Positions 39,077 through 48,693 of a DNA stretch of 64,000 nucleotides are shown here, in pieces (positions within the stretch are counted from its first letter, which is position 1; the number at the start of each line of letters is the position of its first letter). Origin of the DNA: an uncultured Gemmatimonadales bacterium (GTDB lineage: Bacteria; Gemmatimonadota; Gemmatimonadetes; Gemmatimonadales; Gemmatimonadaceae). The notes under the pieces are model-generated. The model worked only from the letters and a program-made list of their open reading frames with translations. It did no database searches and was not told the DNA's origin. A program made the position numbers and the translations under genes. The stretch covers positions 608,001 to 672,000 of the forward strand of contig CAWBZV010000002.1 in the NCBI GenBank assembly GCA_963793305.1, in the 5' to 3' direction.

Positions 39077-40495
39077 GTGACCACTCCCGGTCTCGCCCGA
39101 ACGAAAATCGTCTGTACGCTCGGCCCCTCGACCGCGACGGAATCGGCGATCGGGGATTTGCTCGACGCCGGGATGAACGTCGCCCGGATCAACTTCTCGC
39201 ATGGGACGCACGCCGAGCACGCGGCGACGATCGCCCGCGTCCGGGCGGCCGCCGATGCCCGCAAGCTACCCGTCGCGATTCTTGGCGATCTCCAAGGCCC
39301 GCGCATACGGATCGGCGAGCTCGCTGCCCCTCTCCAGGTCAACCCTGGCGACGATATTGTACTCGCTCCCGAAGATGCTCTCCCTCCGGGCGCGACCCCA
39401 GTGACGTATCACGCCCTGGCGAGCGATGTCCACACGGGTGACCGGATTCTCGTGGACGATGGCCTGATCGAGCTGATGGTGCTCGACACGGCGGGGAACA
39501 CGGTCCACGCGCGAGTGGTCCATGGTGGCCAGATAAAAAGTCACAAGGGCCTGAACCTGCCGGGAATACACGTCTCGGCGCCGTCGATCACCGAGAAGGA
39601 CCACGCGGACATTGTCTTTGCTGTCGACCAGGGCCTCGACTATCTCGCGCTGAGTTTCGTGCGCCGAGCCGAGGATATCGCGGATCTCCGGGAGCGCATT
39701 CCGAAAAAGCTGCTCGTGATCGCGAAGATCGAAAAAGACATCGCGCTCACCAATATCGAGTCGATTATGCGAGCGGCCGATGGCGTCATGGTCGCGCGCG
39801 GTGACCTGGGCGTCGAGCTCCCTTTCGAAGAAGTGCCGATCGCGCAGAAGCGGATCATTCGTCTCGCGAATCGCCTCGGCAAGCCAGTGATTACCGCGAC
39901 CCAGATGCTGGAGTCGATGGTCGAGCACCCGCGCCCGACGCGCGCCGAGGCGAGCGACGTCGCCAACGCGATCCTCGATGGCACGGACGCGGTCATGCTC
40001 TCGGCCGAGACGGCGGCCGGCGCGTTCCCACGACTCGCGGTCGAGGCGATGCGGCGGATCATCTGCGAGGTCGAATGCCATCCGCTCCCGTGGCGGTCGC
40101 GCGACGAAGAGCGGCGAGACCCCGGGTCATCCGTGGCCACCGAGGAAGCGATCGCCGCGGCCACGATCGCGGCCCAACGCATGCTGGCGACACCCCTGGT
40201 GGTCGTGCTGACCAAAGGCGGATTCAGCGCGCGAGTCGTCTCGTCGCACCGGCCGAGGGTGCCGATCCTCGCGCTGACCGACATGCCGCAGACCTATCGG
40301 CAGCTCGCGCTCGTCTGGGGCGTGGTCCCGCACCTCGTGGCACACTGCACGACGTATGACGAGATGGTCGCACTGGCCCGGCAGGCGGCAGTCGAGCTCG
40401 GGCTCGCGCGGACTGGCGATCGCGTGCTCGTCACCGCCGGCGTGCCGTTCGATGTTCCAGGCACCACGAATCTGCTGAAGGTCGAGACGGTGTGA
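39077..40495 (+). CDS. pyk: Pyruvate kinase
   Basis: RTKIVCTLGP, ARINFSHG, MVARGDLG and TATQMLESM motifs. Confidence 0.97.
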   Translation: MTTPGLARTKIVCTLGPSTATESAIGDLLDAGMNVARINFSHGTHAEHAATIARVRAAADARKLPVAILGDLQGPRIRIGELAAPLQVNPGDDIVLAPEDALPPGATPVTYHALASDVHTGDRILVDDGLIELMVLDTAGNTVHARVVHGGQIKSHKGLNLPGIHVSAPSITEKDHADIVFAVDQGLDYLALSFVRRAEDIADLRERIPKKLLVIAKIEKDIALTNIESIMRAADGVMVARGDLGVELPFEEVPIAQKRIIRLANRLGKPVITATQMLESMVEHPRPTRAEASDVANAILDGTDAVMLSAETAAGAFPRLAVEAMRRIICEVECHPLPWRSRDEERRDPGSSVATEEAIAAATIAAQRMLATPLVVVLTKGGFSARVVSSHRPRVPILALTDMPQTYRQLALVWGVVPHLVAHCTTYDEMVALARQAAVELGLARTGDRVLVTAGVPFDVPGTTNLLKVETV

Positions 40496-41271
40496 AGCTC
40501 ACGTTTCTCGGCACGGGGACCAGTTTTGGCGTGCCGATGATCGGGTGCCACTGCGCGGTGTGCCGGTCGCCCGATCCCCGGGACCGTCGAACGCGCGTTG
40601 GCGCCGTCGTAGAGACCGATCGTGGCACACGTCTCTTGATCGACACGCCACCGGAGCTCCGGGTGCAGCTGATCGCCAACGGCATCGACCGTGTCGACGC
40701 GGTGCTGTTCACGCACGACCATGCGGACCACACGCACGGGCTCGATGATCTGCGGGCCATCTCTGTGCGCAGGGACGGCGCGTTACCAATGTTCGGGTCT
40801 GCCGAAACACTGGCCTCGCTGACGCGAAAATTTCCGTATGTGTTCGACGAAAATATCAAACCGGCCCCCGGCACGACGAAACCTGAGGGTCACGCGCGCG
40901 TTATCTCACCGTACGAAACGGTCCGAATCGGCGATGCGTCGGTCGTCCCTGTGCCGGTCCCACACGGCGACATGACCGTCTACGGCTATCGGATCGGCGA
41001 TTTGGCCTACGTGACGGACGCCAAAAGTATCCCGCGCTCGGCGCTCGACGCGCTCACGGGGGCCAAAGTGTTAGTCGTGAACGCCCTGTTCCGTACGGAG
41101 CATCCGACGCATTTGAGCGTGCCGGAGGCGATCGAGGTCGCCCGCGCCGTCGGCGCCGAGCGCACATATCTCACGCATTTGACGCACGACAACTTCCACG
41201 CCGATCTCGAGGCCGAGATGCCCCGTGGCGTGACACCCGCGTTCGATGGGCTGACGGTACGGATCGACTGA
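40492..41271 (+). CDS. MBL-fold hydrolase (PhnP-like)
   Basis: LGTGTS.GVP..GC.C..C and THDHADH motifs. Confidence 0.92.
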   Translation: MKLTFLGTGTSFGVPMIGCHCAVCRSPDPRDRRTRVGAVVETDRGTRLLIDTPPELRVQLIANGIDRVDAVLFTHDHADHTHGLDDLRAISVRRDGALPMFGSAETLASLTRKFPYVFDENIKPAPGTTKPEGHARVISPYETVRIGDASVVPVPVPHGDMTVYGYRIGDLAYVTDAKSIPRSALDALTGAKVLVVNALFRTEHPTHLSVPEAIEVARAVGAERTYLTHLTHDNFHADLEAEMPRGVTPAFDGLTVRID

Positions 41272-41817
41272 ATGACGGACCCAATCGTCGCGGCGCTGTG
41301 GGTCGATCTGCTCGGCAAATTGGCGGGGCCGGCGGCTCACGCGGTCAACAATGCCCTGAATAACGTCGCGATCAATTTGGCGGTCCTGCAATCACGACCG
41401 AGTGCCACGGCCTACGTTGAGCGGGCCGACGACTATCTCACGGAAGCCACCCGCCTGACCCAGGCTGTGCTCGCGTTGGCCCGTCCCGTGCCCGTTCCTG
41501 TCGAGCCGGCATCAGTCCTGCATCAGATCGTACTTGTTCTCGAGGCCAGCGGCCGCCGCATTGAGGTTATCCAGGAGCACTTGAAAGCGATGGCGACAGG
41601 GATTGACGGGGGTGCGGTCCGTTTGGCGCTCGCGGCGGCTCTCGCTGACGGCGCGGCCAGCCGTGTTTCTGTGGTAGAGGGCGGTCGAGAGATACGAGTA
41701 CAAAGCGGGGTGTTGCGAGACGACGTGGCGGACGCCGCCCGCGGGGCCGGGATCGGCCTGCGAGTGGAACCGGGCCAGGTTACATTCACGTTTTCAGGAG
41801 CCCAAGAGTCCGCATGA
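41272..41817 (+). CDS. Degenerate HisKA-like protein
   Basis: H-box-like AHAVNNALN; no recognisable N, G1 or G2 boxes; translationally coupled to the NtrC-type gene. Confidence 0.65.
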   Translation: MTDPIVAALWVDLLGKLAGPAAHAVNNALNNVAINLAVLQSRPSATAYVERADDYLTEATRLTQAVLALARPVPVPVEPASVLHQIVLVLEASGRRIEVIQEHLKAMATGIDGGAVRLALAAALADGAASRVSVVEGGREIRVQSGVLRDDVADAARGAGIGLRVEPGQVTFTFSGAQESA

Positions 41818-43226
41818 TGAAGTCCGCGAAGATACTGATCGCCGATGACGAGCCCGCGATCACGTCGGGCCTGAGCGCGATCCTGAGCGACCTCGACTAC
41901 GATGTCGAGGTGGTCCAGGACGGGCAGCAAGCGCTCGACCGCCTGGCGGCCGATCGGTTCGGGCTCGTGCTGGCGGACTTGAAGATGCCGCGCATCGGCG
42001 GCCTCGCGTTGCTCCGCGAGCTCCAACAGCGCGGCGTGCCGACCGAGTGCATCATCATCACCGGTCAAGCCACGATCGACTCGGCCGTCGAGGCGATGCA
42101 GAGCGGCGCCTATGACTATATAGAAAAACCACTCAACACAGAGAAACTGAACCGCCTCAAGGCGCTGATCCCCAAGGCGCTCGATAAATACACCGTCCAA
42201 CAGCGCAATCGCGAACTGTCCTCGCAGCTTCAGGAACTGACGCACTACGCCGAGCTGACCGGTCAGTCCGAGGCCATGCGGGAGGTCTATAAGATCATCG
42301 AGGCAGTTGCCCCTTCGAGCGCCAGTGTCCTGATCCTCGGCGAGTCAGGCACGGGCAAAGAGCTCGTGGCGCGCGCGGTGCACAGTAAAAGCGAGCGCGC
42401 CAAGGGTCCGTTCTTCGCGATCAATTGCGCGGCGCTGCCCAAGGAAATTCTCGAAAACGAGCTGTTCGGCCACGAGAAGGGTGCGTTCACCGGCTCCACG
42501 AACGAGAAGCCGGGCGCGTTCGAGATGTCGAGCGGCGGCACGTTGTTCTTCGACGAAGTCGCCGAGATGGCGCCGGATATTCAAGTGAAGCTCCTGCGCG
42601 CCATTGAGACGCGCACGGTCCGGCGCTTGGGCGGCAAGAAGGAGATCGAGGTCGATATCCGCATCGTCGCCGCGACGAACAAGGATCTGCAGAAGGCGCT
42701 CGAGGACAACCTGATTCGCGAAGATCTCTACTATCGCCTCGCGGTCGTCGAGATCTATCTGCCGCCGCTCCGCGAGCGCGTGGGGGACATCCCGCTCCTG
42801 GCGAACGAATTCCTGGCCCGATTCGCCCACCAAAATGGCAAGAAGATCCAGGGGTTCGACGACGCCGCGATGGAGTGGGTCGTGAGCTACGCCTGGCAGG
42901 GCAACGTGCGGGAGCTCAAGAACGCGGTCGAGCGCGCCGTGGTCATGTCGCGCGGAGGCGTGATTACGCAGGCCGAGATCATGCCGCGCCACATCCGAAC
43001 GTCAGCCGAGACGCCGACCTCGGTCGTCGTGCAGGTCGGAACGACGACGGCCGATGCGCGTCGAATGCTCGTGCTGAAAACGTGGGCCGTCGCCAATGGC
43101 GACCTGACGCGCGCGGCGACGATGCTCGGGATCGAGGAACAGACGTTGCAATCGGAGTTGGCGGGATATGTCTCGAACGGCGAGTCCAAGCCCAAAAAAA
43201 AGGGGAAGAATCATGCGGGACTATGA
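41814..43226 (+). CDS. Sigma54-dependent response regulator (NtrC family)
   Basis: REC domain; GESGTGKE, ELFGHEKGAFTGS, FFDEV and WQGNVREL motifs; Fis-like HTH. Confidence 0.95.
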   Translation: MMKSAKILIADDEPAITSGLSAILSDLDYDVEVVQDGQQALDRLAADRFGLVLADLKMPRIGGLALLRELQQRGVPTECIIITGQATIDSAVEAMQSGAYDYIEKPLNTEKLNRLKALIPKALDKYTVQQRNRELSSQLQELTHYAELTGQSEAMREVYKIIEAVAPSSASVLILGESGTGKELVARAVHSKSERAKGPFFAINCAALPKEILENELFGHEKGAFTGSTNEKPGAFEMSSGGTLFFDEVAEMAPDIQVKLLRAIETRTVRRLGGKKEIEVDIRIVAATNKDLQKALEDNLIREDLYYRLAVVEIYLPPLRERVGDIPLLANEFLARFAHQNGKKIQGFDDAAMEWVVSYAWQGNVRELKNAVERAVVMSRGGVITQAEIMPRHIRTSAETPTSVVVQVGTTTADARRMLVLKTWAVANGDLTRAATMLGIEEQTLQSELAGYVSNGESKPKKKGKNHAGL

Positions 43227-43575
43227 TGCCGATGAGCCGTATGTCGTCATTCAGGAGCGCTCGAGCGACGTCGGCTCGTTCTTGATGGGGTTGGCCGTTG
43301 GCGCCGGCATCGCTCTGTTGTTCGCGCCGCGCTCGGGCGAGGAAGTCCGGGGCGAGATCAAGCGCCGGGTGAAAACCGTGCGCGACAAAGCGTCGGATTC
43401 GTTCTCCGAGGCGCGCGAGCGTGTGGAGTCGCGCTTGGAGTCCGCGCGACTCGCGCTCGAGGAGAAGAAGCAGCGGATGACGGACGCAGTCGCGGCCGGC
43501 CGCGCCGCGGCGCGCCAGGCGGCGCGCGATGCCCGGCGCGAGTTGTCAAAGCAGCGTCCCAGCGCCGAGGACTGA
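43213..43575 (+). CDS. YtxH-domain protein
   Basis: FLMGLAVGAGIALLFAPRSGEEVR. Confidence 0.9.
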   Translation: MRDYDADEPYVVIQERSSDVGSFLMGLAVGAGIALLFAPRSGEEVRGEIKRRVKTVRDKASDSFSEARERVESRLESARLALEEKKQRMTDAVAAGRAAARQAARDARRELSKQRPSAED

Positions 43576-44480
43576 CCATCCGCTCGCTCCGAGCCGCATG
43601 GCGCGACTCGGCGCTGCGCGACTACCTGACGAGCGTCTGGAGCAATAGCGGCGAGGACAACATTTTCTTCCTCGCCAGTGGTGTCGCGTTCAACATTCTG
43701 CTCGCCGCCGTACCGTTCGTGCTGCTGCTCGTGAGCGGCCTCGGATACTTTCTCGACCTGTCGCCGGCCGCGTCGCTCTCCCGCATCTCCGTGCTGGTCG
43801 ATCGGCTGCTGCCGGCCGAGTCGGGTCGGATGGGCACCGTGGTCACCGCGCTCATGAACGAGGCGATTCGCCTTCGCGGCACCGTCGGGATTGTCAGCGC
43901 GGTGACGTTCGTGTGGTTCTCGACGCGACTGTTCGGGTCGCTGCGCGCCGTGCTGGCGCTCGTGTTCGATCTCGATCGCGATCGGGGGATCATCGACGGG
44001 AAGATCTTCGACGCCAAGGTCACCGTCGTGGCGACACTCCTGGTCGTCGGGTACACCGTGCTCAACGCCTATCTGGTCGTCGCGACGAAAAATGGCGCCG
44101 CGATGCTGGCGGACATCGGCCTGCAGCACGCGGCCATGAACCGCTTCGAGTACTGGACCGCGCGCACGTTCGAGTTCTTGTTCGTGGCCGCGACGTTCTT
44201 CGCGCTGTATCGATTCCTGCCGGCTCGCGGCGTACGCGCTCGCACCGCCGCCCTCGCCGGGACGTTCAGCGCCGTGTTGCTGGAGCTCGCGAAGCTCGCC
44301 TTTACGTCTTATCTCCGCCACTTCAACCCCGGTTCCCTCTACACGGGGACGTTGGCTGCGATCGTCATCGTGATTATCTGGCTGTACTATGCCGCGACGA
44401 TTTTTATTCTTGGTGGAGAAGTTGGTCAGGTGTACGAATTGCGGCGCATCCGCCGATTGCAATGGGAGGCGGTTGAATAG
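43572..44480 (+). CDS. YihY/BrkB family membrane protein (probable CTG start)
   Basis: Frame stays open upstream of 43719 through EDNIFFLASGVAFNILL; LYRFLP and LWLYY-like motifs. Confidence 0.85.
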   Translation: MTIRSLRAAWRDSALRDYLTSVWSNSGEDNIFFLASGVAFNILLAAVPFVLLLVSGLGYFLDLSPAASLSRISVLVDRLLPAESGRMGTVVTALMNEAIRLRGTVGIVSAVTFVWFSTRLFGSLRAVLALVFDLDRDRGIIDGKIFDAKVTVVATLLVVGYTVLNAYLVVATKNGAAMLADIGLQHAAMNRFEYWTARTFEFLFVAATFFALYRFLPARGVRARTAALAGTFSAVLLELAKLAFTSYLRHFNPGSLYTGTLAAIVIVIIWLYYAATIFILGGEVGQVYELRRIRRLQWEAVE

Positions 44481-44490
44481 TACGTTTCCC

Positions 44491-44594
44491 ATGCCCCAGG
44501 TCCGTAGGAGGGCGCGAGCCCGCTAACCCCGTCAGGACCCCGCAGGTAGCAGCGGCATGAGGTGTCTTGCGTCGCTTCGCCGGGCCTGGGGTAT
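44491..44594 (+). ncRNA. ffs: Small SRP RNA (4.5S)
   Basis: Terminal stem ATGCCCCAGGTCCG/CGGGCCTGGGGTAT; helix-8 core TCAGG...AGCAGC; directly upstream of dnaX. Confidence 0.85.
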
Positions 44595-44606
44595 CTCTCC
44601 TCCGAC

Positions 44607-46238
44607 ATGCCACTGGCCCTCGCCCGTAAATATCGACCGAAGACGTTCGCCTCGGTCGCCGTCCAATCGCACGTCTCGAACACGTTGAAAGGCGCCATCG
44701 CGCGCAATCGTGTCGCGCATGGCTATCTCTTCTGCGGCCCCCGCGGCACGGGCAAGACGACGCTCGCCCGCGTGCTCGCGATGGCGCTCAACTGCGAGCG
44801 CCGTCACCTGCGCGACGACGGCGAGCCCTGTGGCGAGTGCACGTCCTGCACGCGGATCTGGAGTGGCAGCGCGAGCCTCGATGTCGTGGAAATCGACGCG
44901 GCGTCGAACCGCGGCGTGGATGACGCGCGGGAGCTTCGCGAGCGCGCGATGTACGCGCCATCGGGCGCCGATCGCTACAAAGTCTATATCGTCGACGAAG
45001 CGCATATGCTCACGCGCGAAGCGTGGAATGCGCTCTTGAAAATCCTGGAGGAACCCCCGCCGCGCGTCGTCTTCGTGTTCGCGACGACCGAACCGCAGAA
45101 GATCGCCCAAGCGGCCGCTCCTGTCCTCTCGCGACTGCAGCGCTTCGACCTGAAGCGCATCCCGTCGTCGGAGATCCGCGCGCGACTGGCGGAAGTGTTC
45201 GACGCTGAAGGACTGGAGGCGGACGCCGATGCACTCGGCCTGCTGGCGCGCGCCGCCGATGGCTCGATGCGCGATGCGCTGAGCCTGACGGACCAGGTAT
45301 TGGCCCTCGATCCAGACGCGATGGTGACCGCGGAGCGGGTGAGGGAAGCGCTCGGCCTGGTGCCCGAGGACGAGTATATCGCCATTCTCGATCTGATCGC
45401 CGCCCGACAGGCGGGCGAGGTCTTCGCCGCCGTGGCACGACTCGCGGACCTCGGCATCGACTTCGGCCTCTTTCTGGCCGGCATCGCCGACACCATTCGC
45501 GCACAGCTCGCGATTGTGCTCGGCGCCACACCGCCCGATATCTCCGCGTCGTTGCGCGCCGCGCTGACCGAGCGGCGTTCGGCGTGGTCCTCGGGCGATC
45601 TCCTTCGAATGCTCCACGCGATCACGGAGCTCGAGCAGCAATTTCGAAAGAGCGTGCAGCAGCAGCTCCTCGTCGAGACGCTCCTGCTCCGATTTGCGCT
45701 GCTGGACCGGTCTGTCGAGATAGAAGCCGTGCTTCGAGAGCTCGGCGGCGGCGGCGGTGCCACACCGGCGCGACCCCAGGCGCCGCCACCCAAACCGGCG
45801 CCCGCTCGACCGGCTCCCACTGGTCCGGCACCCACGGCACCCACGGCACCCACGAGAGGGCTCGAGGCACAGTGGGGCGACGTCGTCTCGCGCTTGCGCG
45901 GACCGTCACCAATGCTGGCCGCGGCCCTCGATCACGCGAAGCCGGTGAGCCTGTCGGTTGAAGGGGATGTGCTGATCCGACTCGACGAGCCGAACGAGGT
46001 GTTTCAGAGAAAGATCGAAGGTGGCCGAGATCAGATTCTGGGCGCGGTTCGGGAGGTCATTGGAATTGGGAAGAGCGTCCGGCTGGTGCTGGGGGAGGAG
46101 GCCAAAGCCCCCGCGGCGCCTCCGAAGCGGCTGACCCAGGAGACCCTCAAGACCGACGAAGTGGCCCGGCTTCGCCGCAGCGATGCCCTCTTGGGGGCCG
46201 CGATCGATGCGCTGGACTTGGAGCTAATGGACGACTAG
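44607..46238 (+). CDS. dnaX: DNA polymerase III gamma/tau
   Basis: LARKYRP, GPRGTGKTT, EIDAASN, DEAHML and LEEPP motifs. Confidence 0.97.
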   Translation: MPLALARKYRPKTFASVAVQSHVSNTLKGAIARNRVAHGYLFCGPRGTGKTTLARVLAMALNCERRHLRDDGEPCGECTSCTRIWSGSASLDVVEIDAASNRGVDDARELRERAMYAPSGADRYKVYIVDEAHMLTREAWNALLKILEEPPPRVVFVFATTEPQKIAQAAAPVLSRLQRFDLKRIPSSEIRARLAEVFDAEGLEADADALGLLARAADGSMRDALSLTDQVLALDPDAMVTAERVREALGLVPEDEYIAILDLIAARQAGEVFAAVARLADLGIDFGLFLAGIADTIRAQLAIVLGATPPDISASLRAALTERRSAWSSGDLLRMLHAITELEQQFRKSVQQQLLVETLLLRFALLDRSVEIEAVLRELGGGGGATPARPQAPPPKPAPARPAPTGPAPTAPTAPTRGLEAQWGDVVSRLRGPSPMLAAALDHAKPVSLSVEGDVLIRLDEPNEVFQRKIEGGRDQILGAVREVIGIGKSVRLVLGEEAKAPAAPPKRLTQETLKTDEVARLRRSDALLGAAIDALDLELMDD

Positions 46239-46260
46239 CGACGCCGTTAGATTGGTCCAC

Positions 46261-46578
46261 ATGGCCGATATCATGAAATTGCTGCAGCAGGCCCAGCAGA
46301 TGCAGGGCCGGCTCCAGCAGATCCAGGATGAGCTCCAACAGCGCACCGTTTCGGCCTCGGCCGGCGGCGGCATGGTCACGGTGAACGCCGACGGAAAAGG
46401 TCAGATCCGCTCGATCAAGATCGACCCGAGCGTCGTCAATCCGAGCGATGTCGAGATGCTCGAGGACCTGATCGTGGTGGCGATGACCGATGTGCAACGT
46501 CGGGCGGCTGCCTTAGCCCAGGAAGAAATGGGCAAGCTCACGGGTGGACTCGGGCTCCCGTTCCAGCTGCCATTGTAA
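46261..46578 (+). CDS. ybaB: YbaB/EbfC nucleoid-associated protein
   Basis: AGGGMVTV and MLEDLI motifs; synteny with dnaX and recR. Confidence 0.95.
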   Translation: MADIMKLLQQAQQMQGRLQQIQDELQQRTVSASAGGGMVTVNADGKGQIRSIKIDPSVVNPSDVEMLEDLIVVAMTDVQRRAAALAQEEMGKLTGGLGLPFQLPL

Positions 46579-47169
46579 GTGCCCGCGATCGACGATCTGA
46601 CGATCGAGCTGGCCAAGCTCCCTGGGATTGGTCGCAAGACCGCGCTCCGGCTGACGTATCATCTCCTGAAGCGCCCGGCCGACCAGAGCCGCCGGTTGGC
46701 CGAGGCGCTCCTGACGCTCGCGGACCGCGTTCGCCAGTGCGATCGGTGTCACAACCTGACCGAAGACACGGTGTGCGCCATCTGTCTCGACCCCCGTCGC
46801 GATGCGAGCCTGATGTGCGTCGTGGAGGAAGCCGCTGACATTGGCGCCATCGAGCGCTCTGGCGACTATCGCGGCACGTATCATGTCCTAGGAGGTCGTC
46901 TATCCCCACTCGATGGGGTAGGTCCTGAGGATCTGACCATAGCCGCGCTCGCGAAGCGAGTTGCGGCGGGGGGCATCAAAGAGGTGATCGTGGCGACCAA
47001 TCCGAGCCTGGAGGGGGAAGCGACTGCCCTGTACCTCCAGCGCCAGCTCGTCCCACTCGGGGTAACGGTTTCCCGAATTGCCCGCGGGCTGCCGGTCGGC
47101 GGTGACCTGGAGTACGCTGACGGCGTCACTATCGCGCAGGCTCTCTCAGCACGCCGGGAGATGCCGTGA
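46579..47169 (+). CDS. recR: Recombination protein RecR
   Basis: LPGIGRKTALR, C4 zinc finger, YHVLGG and EGEATA motifs. Confidence 0.97.
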   Translation: MPAIDDLTIELAKLPGIGRKTALRLTYHLLKRPADQSRRLAEALLTLADRVRQCDRCHNLTEDTVCAICLDPRRDASLMCVVEEAADIGAIERSGDYRGTYHVLGGRLSPLDGVGPEDLTIAALAKRVAAGGIKEVIVATNPSLEGEATALYLQRQLVPLGVTVSRIARGLPVGGDLEYADGVTIAQALSARREMP

Positions 47170-47471
47170 GGGTACAAAAGGTCGTTCGGAGGGGCGGGAC
47201 CCGGACTGCACTGCTGGTCGCGACCGGGTTTCTGGGAGGGCTCGCGGTAGGTGTCCTGTTTTGGAGCCGGCAGCAACACCGGCACCGGCGGGACCTCTTC
47301 AGCAAGCACTCGCTGAGGCGGTTGGCGGCACTCGGGTACCTGTCCGGTACGCCGAGCGCTCATACCGCGTCGCTCCTCAGGGATTACATCCAGTGGGAAC
47401 CACGTTCGGTCCTCCGACGACGCGGCCGCCAGGTGCTGCGAAAGGTGGAGGCGTCACTCGACTTGGGTTAG
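47166..47471 (+). CDS. Hypothetical protein with N-terminal TM helix
   Basis: GTGA overlap with recR; TM helix followed by HEAT-like RRLAALGYL. Confidence 0.75.
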   Translation: MRVQKVVRRGGTRTALLVATGFLGGLAVGVLFWSRQQHRHRRDLFSKHSLRRLAALGYLSGTPSAHTASLLRDYIQWEPRSVLRRRGRQVLRKVEASLDLG

Positions 47472-47474
47472 GTC

Positions 47475-47966
47475 ATGGCCGTCGGCTCAGCGAGCTGGTC
47501 CTTCACCGAAGATGATTACGGGGCGATCACTCAAGCCCTGCACCGATTCCTGTACGAGAGCAACGCCCGCTGCGCTCTCCTGGTTGATCGGACTGGCCAG
47601 CTGGTGACGACCGTCGGCGAGCAACCGACGTTCGACCCAACCGCTTTCGCGACCCTGACGGCCGCCGATTTCAGCGCCAATGACCAACTGGCCAGGCTGA
47701 TCGGCGAGACCGACTTCAATACGCTGTTTCACCAAGGCGAGAAAGAGTCGATGTATCTCGCCGATGTGGCCCGCCGGGTGATCCTCGTCGTGCTCTTCGA
47801 CAACCGCACCACCCTGGGGCTCGTGCGACTCAAGATGAAGATGGCCGTCGATGACCTCACCAAGCTGTTCGAGCAGGTCTTCGCGCGGGGTCAGACCGCC
47901 GGGGGGGCGGAGCAACCGAACATCCTCTCGGGCGCGGATGACGAGATCGACAGACTGTTCCAATAG
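47475..47966 (+). CDS. mglB: MglB roadblock/LC7 GTPase-activating protein
   Basis: LLVDRTGQL, LFHQGE, FDNRTTLGLVRL and DDEIDRLF motifs. Confidence 0.93.
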   Translation: MAVGSASWSFTEDDYGAITQALHRFLYESNARCALLVDRTGQLVTTVGEQPTFDPTAFATLTAADFSANDQLARLIGETDFNTLFHQGEKESMYLADVARRVILVVLFDNRTTLGLVRLKMKMAVDDLTKLFEQVFARGQTAGGAEQPNILSGADDEIDRLFQ

Positions 47967-47978
47967 AGGACGACAGTC

Positions 47979-48656
47979 ATGTCGATGATCAACTACGCCT
48001 CGCGCGAGATCAACTGCAAAATCGTCTATTACGGCCCGGGCCTCGGCGGCAAAACGTCGAACCTGGAGCATGTCTACGCCAAAGTCCAACCAGAGACCCG
48101 CGGCAAGCTGATCTCCCTGGCGACGGAAACCGAACGGACGCTGTTCTTCGACTTTTTGCCAGTCGATTTGGGGACCATTCGCGGTTTTAAGACGCGCTTC
48201 CACCTGTACACGGTCCCTGGGCAGGTCTATTACAACGCCAGCCGCAAGTTGATTCTCAAGGGCGTCGACGGCATTGTCTTCGTCGCCGACTCGCAGATCG
48301 AGCGCATGGAAGCGAATCAGGAGGCCATGCAGAATCTGTACGACAACATGGCCGAGTACGGGTATGACCTCAGGAGAATGCCGTTTATCGTGCAATACAA
48401 TAAACGGGATCTCCCGAATGCCGCGGCGATCTGTGACCTGCAAGCGTCGCTCAACCCGGGCTGGGAGGTCGATGACCCCGCACGGCAACGGGTGACCCCG
48501 GACGCGGCCCATCCCGGCGAGAACTTGATCGAGCAACTGCCCACTGGGGAATGGGTCGAGCGCGCGCCATATTTCGAAGCCGTCGCCGTCAGTGGCGATG
48601 GTGTCTTCGATACACTCAAGGCGGTGAGCAAGCTCGTGCTGAAGTCGCTCGCGTAG
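47979..48656 (+). CDS. mglA: MglA small GTPase
   Basis: [28 protein letters not shown] and NKRD motifs. Confidence 0.95.
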   Translation: MSMINYASREINCKIVYYGPGLGGKTSNLEHVYAKVQPETRGKLISLATETERTLFFDFLPVDLGTIRGFKTRFHLYTVPGQVYYNASRKLILKGVDGIVFVADSQIERMEANQEAMQNLYDNMAEYGYDLRRMPFIVQYNKRDLPNAAAICDLQASLNPGWEVDDPARQRVTPDAAHPGENLIEQLPTGEWVERAPYFEAVAVSGDGVFDTLKAVSKLVLKSLA

Positions 48657-48693
48657 GTCGAGCCCGAGCCGCCGCCGCAACCGGGGTGGCGCA

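Noticed and set aside
45740..45860. CCCACGGCA-type short repeats in dnaX
   Set aside because: Ordinary Pro/Ala/Thr-rich linker of the tau subunit
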